DNA of 64,000 nucleotides from Flaccisagitta enflata (Eukaryota): NCBI GenBank assembly GCA_965153355.1, contig OZ231126.1, positions 23,808,001 to 23,872,000 of the forward strand, read 5' to 3'. Shown piece by piece: positions 13,989 to 25,210 of this stretch (position 1 is its first letter; each line of letters starts with the position of its first letter). The notes under the pieces were generated by a model. It saw only the letters and a program-made list of their open reading frames with translations, ran no database searches and was not told where the DNA came from. The position numbers and the translations under genes were made by a program.

Positions 13989-14014
13989 ATTTGGATGTAT
14001 GCATTTAAAAGCAT

Positions 14015-14562
14015 AACAGGTCGCACAAGGGCAATATGTGGTCAGCGATACCCGTTGCCCTGCTTTGCATGTTTGTGAATTAGAGTGAGAGGAAGCAGGG
14101 CAGCGGCCCCAAAAGGGGTCCTTTAGAACACAGGGGGACTTTTGTTCCATCCGTCCTTCCATCCATCCACCCCCCAGGCCCTCCCAGCCCTGGAATCTGC
14201 CCTCTCAGGCCTAAAATCTATCCTATCAGCCCTAAAATCTGCCTTCTCAGTCCTTGAATCCGAGAGGGCAGATTTCGGGCCTAAGAAGACTGAATTCAGG
14301 CCTGAGAGGGCAGATTTCAGGCCTGAGAGGACTGATTTCAGGCCTGAGAGGGCAGATTTCAGGCCTGAGAGGGCAGATTGAAGACCTGAGAGGGCAGATT
14401 TCAGGCCTGAGAGGTTAGATTGAAGGCCTGAGAGGGCAGATTTCAGGCCTGAGAGGGCATGGGGGGAAGAAGTTCAAGAACGGACAAAATGATGGATGGA
14501 CGAACAAAAGTCCCCCTGTGTTTCACAGGACTTTGTCCCCTTTGGGGCCGGTGCCCCGAAAA
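14015..14562 (-). mobile_element. Helentron-like element family D with 21-bp minisatellite (in an intron of prepropeptide A)
   Basis: Subterminal inverted repeats gggcagcggcccc.../...ggggccggtgcccc and (aggcctgagagggcagatttc)n. Confidence 0.65.
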
Positions 14563-14623
14563 CCATTTACGTAATGCTAGCTCTCCCTAGTTGGCCGAGT
14601 AACCACGCAACAGAGCGATTTAC

Positions 14624-14670
14624 CTGGTGAATTCATACGTTTTCCATCGTCTTCATGGTGTCCATGGATC
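14624..14670 (-). CDS. Secreted prepropeptide A, exon 2 (IHGHHEDDGKRMNSP)
   Basis: 47-nt exon bounded by tttttacag| and CAG|gtaaat. The only open frame of the three is the one required by the phase-2 upstream intron. Contains GKR. Confidence 0.72.
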
Positions 14671-14808
14671 CTGTAAAAATGATTCAGATTTACAACATTT
14701 TACGACAGAAACTTTACTTTTGTTTCACAACGGTGTAAACCATAATGATATGACGATATCAAGGCATGGAATTTCCATGTAATTCAACTCATAACGGCAT
14801 GAATTTAC

Positions 14809-14870
14809 CTTACAGCGTACGCCAAACAAACGAAAATGGCGATGATAGCAATGAAACTCGAACGGAACAT
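14809..14870 (-). CDS. Secreted prepropeptide A, signal-peptide exon (MFRSSFIAIIAIFVCLAYAV-R)
   Basis: ATG lies directly after the acceptor ttttaagtacag|. It encodes a basic n-region, a hydrophobic core and an AYA cleavage-like motif. Donor AAG|gtaaat, phase 2. Confidence 0.72.
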
Positions 14871-15475
14871 CTGTACTTAAAAAAAAATCTCTCCTAAGGT
14901 GAATAATCATAACTTTTATTCTACGCTCAGGAAAATTGGTTTTTCGTCTCGTTGCGGTTGAGGTTGTTTGTAAACAGTGTCTTGGAAGATCTCGATCACT
15001 TCGCACAGCCAAACTTCTTAATTGTAAAGCTGACCTGAAGTCACACGAGCGACCCATTGGTTGAAATGTACTAAATTCGTGCGACTTGAGGTTGTCGCAA
15101 TTTGGCTGTGCTTCGCGCCTAAAACACATTTACCATGCTGTAGAGAGAAACTCATGAAACTTTCCCGAGTGGCGTCGGCAGAGGTTGTGTTGTGTATATC
15201 TCCGCCCTGATAATCCAACCCTCCCTTCCCCCGTTCCCAACACTTTTTCCGTCAGAGCAACAGTCAACGCCGTCGCTGCGAGGAAACGACGAGAGCAAAC
15301 GCTTTTAAATCAAACGAGGAGGAAAAAAAAAAAAAGGCAAAGAGAAAGAAAGAGAGAGAAAAGGGAGGAAAAAAAGTTTTAATTTATGAGATGTAAAACC
15401 AAATCTCCCGTGTCTCTGAGTACACTGCTAGGCGCGAGCGATGATGGTGGAAAAGGTAGGTGGTCGTGTGTGTGC

Positions 15476-15575
<100 letters not shown>

Positions 15576-16195
15576 CCTTTCGCGTCCGCTTTTGTGTGCG
15601 TGTGTGTTCTCGCATGTTCTTGTGTTTGGTGAAGATGGCAAGAAAAAGGGGTTGAAAAAGTGGTCGGAGTTTCTAAGACAAAGGGCAGCGGTAATTCTTG
15701 TTGCTTTTTTGGATGCCTCCTTCAGGAACGCATCTTTATAAGCGGGACTGTCCGTCCGACCGACCGTTTGTCTGTCTATCTGTGTTACGTCTGTGCAAAA
15801 TTCGTATAACTCGTCTTTTTTGGCCACGGCGCAAACAATGATGCCGGACAGATACACATGTTTTGAGAAGCCGCTCTGACGGTTAGACGTCAGAAATTCA
15901 AGCAGTCTGTCTGTCTGGTCATCCATCTTTCTCTTCTTGCATCCCACACATTGAGCACGTAATTCACTACACGCACTGACATAGTCTGGACGTATCGTTG
16001 CCCATTCGGGCTTGTTTTTGGCTTTCTTGGTTTCTTTTTAGATTTTTAGCAACTCTTTAAGAGGCTTCGACCCTCCGTCTGTCCATTCGTCTGTCTGTCA
16101 GTGAGCATGTGTAGAAAATTAAAAAACAAGGCCGGATATACGGCTACCCCAGTCGCGCATTTGGGTAAGACCAGTACGGTCAAAGAATAAAAAAC

Positions 16196-16407
16196 AAGGT
16201 GTATATTCTTGAGTCGCTTTTGATTTTCCCCAGATTTTTCTTGCATCGTCGCATTTTTACCTATAGTTTTCTATATAGCAGAGTTTTATGATTTGGTACT
16301 GTAAAAAGTTATACTTTCCCCAAATTTTCTTTTTTTCTTTTTTTCCTTTTGATTTCTTTCTATCTCCAGATCCCCACCAGGGGAAAACTCAAGAATATAC
16401 AGGCCTG
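16196..16407 (-). mobile_element. Short hAT-like MITE related to 8271-11596
   Basis: ...tatacaggcctg terminus; 8-bp TSD taaaaaac on both sides. Confidence 0.65.
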
Positions 16408-17167
16408 TAAAAAACATAAAAACAAGTGACGCGGGGGTGACAATATTGTTGCGGACTGGTGGGCAGGGGCATCTAACCCCTATCCACATCCCAACCCACC
16501 CCCCAGACTCAAACATTCACAAAAAGTACCTGGAACGCTTGTTTACCCACTTTTCAACTTGATGACCCCCGACAGACCAACGGACCGACGGAAGGACGGA
16601 CAGAGCCTCTTAAAGAATTTCGTGTCTGCAACTAAGAATCATTTTGGTCGCACACGCGACACGTTGCTCTGTGGATCCCTCTGTTCCTACCTCCGACGGC
16701 CCATCTGTCCATATCATTTTGTAATTGCCGTCTTAGTTGCGAACAAGCAACTCTTTAAGAGGCTTCGTCCATCCGCCTGTCCATCCGTCAGTCTGTTCAT
16801 CCGTAATGATTGAGTCAAAAAGTGAAAAAATGAGCGTTTTACATGCTTTTTGTGTCTGTCCATCCGTCCGTCCGTCTGTCCGTCCATCAGTCCATCCGTA
16901 ATGATTGAGTCGAAAAGTGAGAAAATGAGCGTTTTATACTTTTTGTGTATGTTTTGTGTGTGTGAGGGGGGGGGGGTTGGTGTGTCGGTGGAAGTTCGAT
17001 ACCCCTACCCACCCGTCCGCAACGATATTGTGAGGCCGCGTCACTCCGGTCATTTTTAGGTGTGCATGTGTCCATTATGTTCATTTTTCGTTATACTGCC
17101 CCTGTCCAACCTGTTGAGTACCGAAAAGATTAACTGCGCGAAAGTACAAAAAAAAATTCCCTATCTC

Positions 17168-17267
<100 letters not shown>

Positions 17268-17456
17268 GAAACCAGTTAGCTAGTTTTAAGTTGATTTGCT
17301 GAATAACAGGTGCGGCGGCGTTTGGAGTTAAACTTACCACTTTTTTTACACGTTGGAAAGTAATAAGTCAACCTAGAGTCCAAGACGTTGCCTGCGTTTA
17401 GACTGTAGACGGGGACAGTAAACATAAAAATGAAAAAAACGAAAAGCGACTCTACC

Positions 17457-17922
17457 ATGGCCGTCTCAGTGAGAAGGGCGAATCTGCAGGATTACGATGA
17501 TGTGATGGCTATTACTGGAAAGACTATCCTATACAACGGTTTCGACTACTTACCGCGGCAGTTTCACGCCATCCTAACGAGTCACGGCGGCGGTCACGTG
17601 GTGCAAGTTGATGGTCGAGTTGTGGGGTTCGTGGCCTTTGCCCTCACCGACGACGGCCGAAGCTTCACGGCCAGAGCCGGAAGGGTTCATCCCGATTTTC
17701 AAAAACGAGGTCTATTCAAATTGCTTAACGATAAGATGACGAAAGATCTGATCACCTCTTATCCGACGATCAATTCGATCAAGTGGACCATCGATGCGAG
17801 TAACCCAAAAGCCAAACAGCTTATGGACGCCGCCAACGTCCTTAGCAGCGGGAGAAAGTTCCTCTTTTGTCCATTGGACCAATATAGGAAAGAGCATCTA
17901 GCCAACATCATCAACTCGGCAG
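17457..17922 (+). CDS. NAT16: NAT16/histidine N-acetyltransferase (HISAT)-like GNAT, coding exon 1 (alternative in-frame ATG at 17430)
   Basis: Kozak-like accATGg at 17457. Translation MAVSVRRANLQDYDDVMAITGKTILYNGFDYLP...GRVHPDFQKRGLFK contains the Y-x-G-x-DYLP motif typical of the NAT16/HISAT family and GNAT acetyl-CoA-binding motif A. It ends at donor GCAG|gtatcg (phase 1). Confidence 0.88.
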
Positions 17923-18868
17923 GTATCGCGGAATGAGACGCTCCGGCTCCTCTAATAATTTTAGCACCCCCTTACAAGTAATAACTTAGTCTTAAAATGT
18001 AAAAGCACGCGAATTAAGAAAGAGACACATTTTTAGTCGCATGCTACGCAACTCTACACCCCGCTTTTTCCGTCCGTTGGTCAGTTGGTTGGTCGGTCGG
18101 TTGGTCCCCATTTTACTTTTTCGGCGTCTCAGAGCATTTTGAGCTCACTGCTCCTGCTCAAATGCCCCACTGACCTTCTCCAACACTGCCCTTGCCCACC
18201 CAAACGCGACTAGGGTATCCGTGTAACCAGCCTTGTTCAATGTTCATCTTCATTTTTCTCCTCTCCATTTTCTCAAAATAAATAAAAACTTTAGACCGAT
18301 TTAAAAATACTCTAAGATTCCTCCATTCGCAGCCAACACATTTCTTGCTCAATTCGTTAAGACACAGCTAAAAATGAAGGGGCATATTGCGGTTGTGTTT
18401 ACCTGATAGCAAGCTGACGAATACCTGAAATGTCGGAGTGATAACTGATATCTTAATGCTGAGTTAACGGGGGGGGGGGGAGGGGGAAATGGGTCGCCAG
18501 AATGTGTCCAGCGACATGTGGTTAGGGGAGGCATAACTGTGAATGGTTACTGATAACTCCATTTCCGTATGGTGTTACAGGTTCAACTAAGCGACAGTTA
18601 GCATGTTAGCCAGATGAAGACCGTTGGACTTCGCTAATTTTACCGCCATTTTGTTCGGAACACAATATAAAGACAATGTTTTTTTTTTTGCTTTATCATA
18701 TTGTGCTTTGTAAACATTTTGACTTCCTCTTAAATCAATTATTAATATTACCAAAGACAAAAATTAATTTAAAAGGAAGTCCAAATGTTTTCAAAGCAAC
18801 CGTCTTAATCTTAGCAACTTAGATTTGAACCAGATGCTTTATCTTTTCTCTTCCTCTTATCAACACAG

Positions 18869-19578
18869 CTTGGACAAAACTGGATGGAAAAGACGGCGCT
18901 CCCACAGTTGCTCTTCAACTGTCGTGTGACGATCTCTTCGACGTTGCGGCCAAACCACATCTTTGGAAGCATCTCTTCACTGGAGATCACATCATTCACG
19001 ATTTTCGGCCTTACAAATTCAACAAAGCCGACATTCAAAATCTCTACAAAATACATCAAAACTTCCATTGCGTAGTCTCCGTTCCAGCGTTGTCTTCTTC
19101 TTCTTCTTCTCTTTCTTCTTCTTCTTCTCTTTCTTCTTCTTCTTCTTCTTCTTCTTCTTCTTCTTCTTCTTCTTCTTCTTCTTCTTCTTCTTCTTCTTTT
19201 TCTTTTTCTTTTTCTTTTTCTTCTTCTTCTTCTTCTTCTTCTTCTCTTTTTTCTGCGTCGTTGCAAGGGAAATCAGCCGACCCAACAATATCCGCTTTAA
19301 CCTTATTCTCCACCTACGAATACGGCCGCAATGGCGACGCTACGATGCTGGTGCTGGATTTCTACGGACGGATGGATGACTACGCTTTTCGACTTCACCT
19401 GAACAAAGTGATGACCACGCTGACGAAGAAAGGAATACAAATTGACGCGTTGTTGATGGCATTGCCTGGTGATTGGGAGCAGCAGTTTGTAGGTTTTAAG
19501 GAGGGAGGAAACACTTACGGTCCCGGGGAGATGATTAGCTTTGAACTTCCCCTGTCGGTAACACCGTCCCGATACTAG
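18869..19578 (+). CDS. NAT16: NAT16/HISAT-like GNAT, coding exon 2 (terminal; full protein ~391 aa)
   Basis: Polypyrimidine acceptor ttttctcttcctcttatcaacacag|ct is phase-compatible with exon 1. It reads AWTKLDGKDGAPTVALQLSCDDLFDVAAKPHLWKHLFTGDHIIHDFRPYKFNKADIQNLY...(poly-Ser)...PTISALTLFSTYEYGRNGDATMLVLDFYG...SRY*, which resembles the NAT16 C-terminal half. AATAAA at 19581. Confidence 0.82.
19093..19254 (+). repeat. (TCT)n microsatellite inside GNAT exon 2 (~54-residue Ser-rich tract)
   Basis: Frame is preserved across the tract; all interruptions are frame-neutral. Confidence 0.9.
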
Positions 19579-20437
19579 GAAATAAACTTTCGTTTGGGCC
19601 TCTGTTTCACAAGACTCTTGTGAGCTTCTACGCTCGTCATATGTTCCTGCACCGGTACTTGTCTATCAACAAACTATTTCAATGCTAACAAGGCCGACAC
19701 CTATAAGTCGCGTGAGGGACATAAATAACTTAGGATGACTCAAAATGACTTTGAAAGACGTAAAATGATGTTAAATGACTTATACGACTAAATTGACAAA
19801 ATTAAGTGACCTAATATAACTTAAAATGACTTAAAATGACTTTCAATGACTTACAATGACTTACAATGACTTACAATGCAGGTGTACAGTTATGCAAATA
19901 TAAAGGCAAAAAAATTAACTTTTTTGACTATTTTCCAATCAAGGTCTTGATCTTATTTTGCGAAAAACTTTTTAACGTTTTAGGTTTCAAGATGGCGGTT
20001 GGTGGCATAAAAAAGAAATTGGTTCTGGTTTCACAGCGTCACCATTTTTTTTTATTTGGTCATTTTTGACTGAGTTATTGCTAAAAATGCTTGCAGATGT
20101 ATATATATGATCAAGATAGTAGATGCCTTTTGTGTATGTGTGTGATGGGGGGGGGAAGTTGTAGGGTGTAGATTGACGCCCCTGCCCACCCGTCCGCGAC
20201 GCGACGATATTGTAATCCCGCGTTACTTATTCTTACTGTCGCTATTCGTTTTTTCTCTTCACTTTTTTTCTCCCACATTATTCTCAGCTTTATCCCTTTT
20301 TCATCCTCAAGCATTCATTTGTCTTTTTGGAGCTGGAGTAAGGAAGAACCTCAGCTGTTTCAAAATTCATTTATCAGGGTATTGTTTCTAGTCCCCACCC
20401 GACCCAAACGTCATACAACCATTCATCTCCCCCTCCT

Positions 20438-20523
<86 letters not shown>

Positions 20524-20678
20524 ACACATCCTTCGATAGTCTTTTGTCTTCGCCGGTGTAAATCTATCATCACTTTCAACTTTCGTTTCTCTCTTTCTTG
20601 TGTCATTTGTTTACTTAATGTAATAAGACTCTCCAATAGTCGGAGAATCATTTGTCATCGCCTGGACGCGGCCCCGGG

Positions 20679-20729
<51 letters not shown>

Positions 20730-21349
20730 ACACACAGACATACAGACAGACAGACGGAGACAGAGAGCGAGAGATGAGAAATTGAGACACAGACAGACCC
20801 AGAAAGACCCAGACAGAGACAAAGGATACGTACAAACGAAGAAACAGACACAGAAACAGTGGTCGAGAAACAGAAAGATAGATAGACAATTGGAGAGTAA
20901 TGATTTTGTTTTCTTCCCAGAAATGTTTAGAAAGAGATACCTACTCGACCTGCGTTGAGACGAAGTTGATAAATGCGTTAACTGTCAAAATTGTTTCAGC
21001 GAGAACTCAAGAATTTCTCCGTCCTCATCCGCCTCTTTATCGCTCTGATCTCAACATAACTCTGGACTCTGAAAATCATGTCTTAAGTTGAATAAAGTTT
21101 CGAGGTTTTAAGTTTATTTCTGCTTCTAGACATTCTACGGTTCAAAACAGTTCATCGATATGTCCGTCGGAAATACAAAGGCAGAAAGAGACGTAGCTCA
21201 GAGATACAAAGAGACAGAGCTGTGAGGGACAGAGGAAAAAAGGAACACAGAAAGAAACTGGCGGCGGACAGAAAACATAAGATAGAGAGATAGAAGTAAA
21301 ACAGAGCCACATACATAACAACTTTAACCAGACTGCACACTGTAAAAAC

Positions 21350-21480
<131 letters not shown>

Positions 21481-22243
21481 AACTCGTATTAGTAACTAGG
21501 ACGACACCAAAGCAATAAATCAGCGATAAAGCGAAATCAAATCAAATCTACTTTGAAATTGATAAAGAGTTTAAAACATAAATCAGCAACGGCAATGTCA
21601 GTGAAGATTGCCGAGCCTAAAAAGTTTTACTTCTTTACACACCCGTTCACCCCAAAGCATTGATAACCCATCTTCATATATTCATTCATTCATTCATTCA
21701 TTCATTCATTCATTCGCCCATTCCATTCATACGTTTTTTATTAACTTTTGGTACCTATTCTTCATTCCATTGCAGTTTTAACCTGTTCTATAACGCTTTC
21801 CCAATAACATAATGACACCCTGGATATTTCCATATCTGAGAATGAAAACTAGATCCAAATGAGAAATAAAAATGGCACAGACGGATCAAAGAGTCCAAAA
21901 AAAGTTGAACAAGGGTTAAATAGCTAATAATCATCGATTGAAGAAAAGTGGCGAAGTGAGTAATGAAAGAATCCAGTATTTGATGTCCAGAACAAATTGA
22001 TAATCGCCACAGAGAAGAGGACGAAGATGTGGGTCAAGTCTAGCTCGACTTTGAAGCTCCCTCCTTTCATTCTTCTTCTCCATCGTCTTCTTCTTCTTCT
22101 TCTTCTTCTTCTTCTTCTTCTTCTTCTTCTTCTTCTTCTTCTTCTTCTTCTTCTTTTTCTTCTTCTTCTTCTTCTTCTTCTTCTTCTTCTTCTTCTTCTT
22201 CTTCTTCTTCCTCTTTTCTTCTTTTTCTTCTTTTTCTTCCTCT

Positions 22244-22275
<32 letters not shown>

Positions 22276-22539
22276 TTCTTCTTCTTCTTCTTCTTCTTCT
22301 TCTTCTTCTTCTTCTTCTTCTTCTTCTTCTTTTTCTTCTTCTTCTTCTTCTTCTTCTTCTTCTTCTTCTTCTTCTTCTTCTTCTTCTTCTTCTTCTTCTT
22401 CTTCTTCTTCTTCTTCCTCTTCCTCTCCTCCCTCTGACTCTTTGCATGATTCAAGAGGGTTTTCAAGTCGCTCTTTGATTTGTAGCGGCCAACCAGTTGA
22501 TTAACGTCCTGCATTTTTCAACGACCCAAACACAGACAG

Positions 22540-22626
<87 letters not shown>

Positions 22627-23024
22627 TAAAAGTCAAAATAGTCAAACACAGACATTGAGACAGAGACAGACAGACTAGCCAGACCCCGACTAGGGAGGGA
22701 CAGATTCAACTCGGTTTGATCGAAATGGTTAATAATCGATGTTTTATCGTTACCCTTTTTCTCCTCCCTTCTTCTCTCTTCTTCTTGTTCTACCACATTC
22801 AAAAGCGACCAAAAGATCAAGACTCAAGAGATGTCCAATGAGGTTTGTTTAGTTCGTCAACAATAAATGCGACAGAGACATACAGCATACATCAATAAAT
22901 CACAGCATGAGTATAAAAAAAAAGTACATTAGCCCTTATCTGAGACAGTAGAAAAAAGCTTGGAGAACCCCTTTACAACACACACACAAACACACAAACA
23001 CACACACGCACACACACACACACA

Positions 23025-23082
<58 letters not shown>

Positions 23083-23260
23083 CAAACACACACTAACAAC
23101 TGCAGCATCATAAAGGCGCGTTTTTCGCGTTTTCAGTTTGAACGTGACGGACCGACGGACGGACCGATGGACGAACCAAACGGACAAGGCCGCTAATGAA
23201 GTTGCGTGTTCGCGACTGAAAACTGGATAACTCGATTTGAAATTCTTTCATTTCCTAACA

Positions 23261-23874
23261 CACCATCCGTTCAAACTACCGCCAGGTGGTTTTCAGTATT
23301 ACTCTGGATTTTCCGCTTGTTTTCACTCAATATGGACCTCCTGAACAAGAATCCAGCTTCAAAAAAATCTTTCTTGTAGCGCCTTTTGAAAAAATCCAAA
23401 ATTGATTGTTTTTTCTCTTATTTTGAAGTCAGAATTTTTAAGGTTGATGAAAAATCTTTTTAGATAGCATATCTGAATTCTTGATAAAATTTCCTTTCAT
23501 TTGATAGGTCGCACTATATATTTTTGAAAAGAAATAAAATTTTTAATTTTTAAGCCACCGTTACAAAAAGTAACGGTGGCTGAAAAATTGAAAATTTGAT
23601 CTCTTTTGAAAAATATATAGTGCGACCTATCAAACGAAAGGAAATTTCATCAGGAATTCAAATATGCTATCTAAAAAGGTTTTCTAACAACCCTCTAAAA
23701 TCTGGGTGCATTATAGGATGAAAAATTATCAATTTTGGATTTTTTTCAAAAAGCGCCACAAGAAAGATTTCTTTGAAGCTGGATCCTAGTTCAGGAAGTC
23801 CATCCTGAGTAAATATAAGCGGAAAATTCAGAGTAATATTAAAAACCACCTGGCGGTAGTTTGGACGGATGGTG
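23261..23874. mobile_element. Palindromic MITE, CMC/Chapaev-like
   Basis: CAC...GTG termini, 4-bp TSD aaca, ~300-bp arms meeting at gccaccgttac-aaaaa-gtaacggtggc. Confidence 0.8.
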
Positions 23875-24184
23875 AACAACACGAAAAAATTATTTCATAA
23901 TTTCATAAAATTCGTTTCTTCCCTCTTCTTCTCTTTGGCCATTAAATCATTTTCTCCCAAGTTTGAAACCTCCTCGAGGCGAAGTTGATTGGGAACGGCG
24001 GCGAGTTCTCTCTTCTTCTCTTGTTGCTGCTGCTGTTGTTGCAGTTTCTGCCGCAGCACAGGAATGCTGCCGCATTTCGTTGCCGCGTCGGGAGTTCGGA
24101 CCCGGTTCGTGTTCCGCGTTCAAAGAGAATGAATTATTGGCGGTGTCAGGACGCGTAGGACTTCTTTTGCCGAGAGCCGACTCT

Positions 24185-24362
<178 letters not shown>

Positions 24363-24569
24363 CGCGACATAATTTTGTTGTTAACTCTAAAGCTGCTTGC
24401 ATGCCGAAAACATCAACAACAGCAGTAGAACAGTTACGACAACACAAACACAACCAGCAGTTAAAGCAAAACTTTGGACAGCAACTGCAACGACGATGAC
24501 AACAAAAAAAGTAACAACGACAACAAAGGCCATTACAAATATTGAAACAACGACAACAACAGCAACAGC

Positions 24570-24649
<80 letters not shown>

Positions 24650-24833
24650 CCACAACCACAACCACAACCACAACCACAACCACAACATCAGGAATCAATC
24701 AATGTTCCTCGCGCGACTCCTGCAGTCTATTTTTGGAAGTGGAAATTAGATTCTTCGTGAGGCTTTTGTCGGTCACACTCGATGCTTCCTTTTGCGCGAC
24801 TGCGAATTTCTGTGTGGCTCCGGCTCTTCCTCT

Positions 24834-25210
24834 TTTTAGTTGCGGACACGCAACTCTATAAGATGCTTTGTCCGTCTGTCCGTCCGTTGGTCCGTCCATC
24901 TGTTGGTCCGTCCGTCCGTTGGTCCGTCCGTCGGTCCGTCCGTCAGCACGAGTCGAAAAGTGGGAAAACGCGCACATCCGCCCCTGCCCACCCATCGGCA
25001 ACTGATGGCCGTGTATCCGGCCTTGTTTTATCTTTAGTTGCGGACACGCAACTCTGTGAGAGGCTTTGTCCGTCAGTCCGTCTGTCGGTAATGATCGAGA
25101 TGAAAAGTGGAAAAAACAAGGGCTTTGGATACTCATTGTGTATGTGTTTGCGTGGGATTAGGGTGTGGATGGGGGTTAGACGCCCCTGCCCACCCGTCTG
25201 TCACTTGTTC
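24834..25210 (+). mobile_element. Two adjacent Helentron-like elements, family B
   Basis: ttagttgcggacacgcaactct 5' palindrome, (GTCC)n core and gcccctgcccaccc motif. Further copies at ~1811-2040, 16421-16636, 16733-17058, 29620-29792 and 59652-59810. Confidence 0.7.

Noticed and set aside
20921-21097. Acceptor-like site followed by a 56-codon frame and AATAAA
   Set aside because: No recognisable protein motif and no partner donor exon; the GNAT gene already terminates at 19578.
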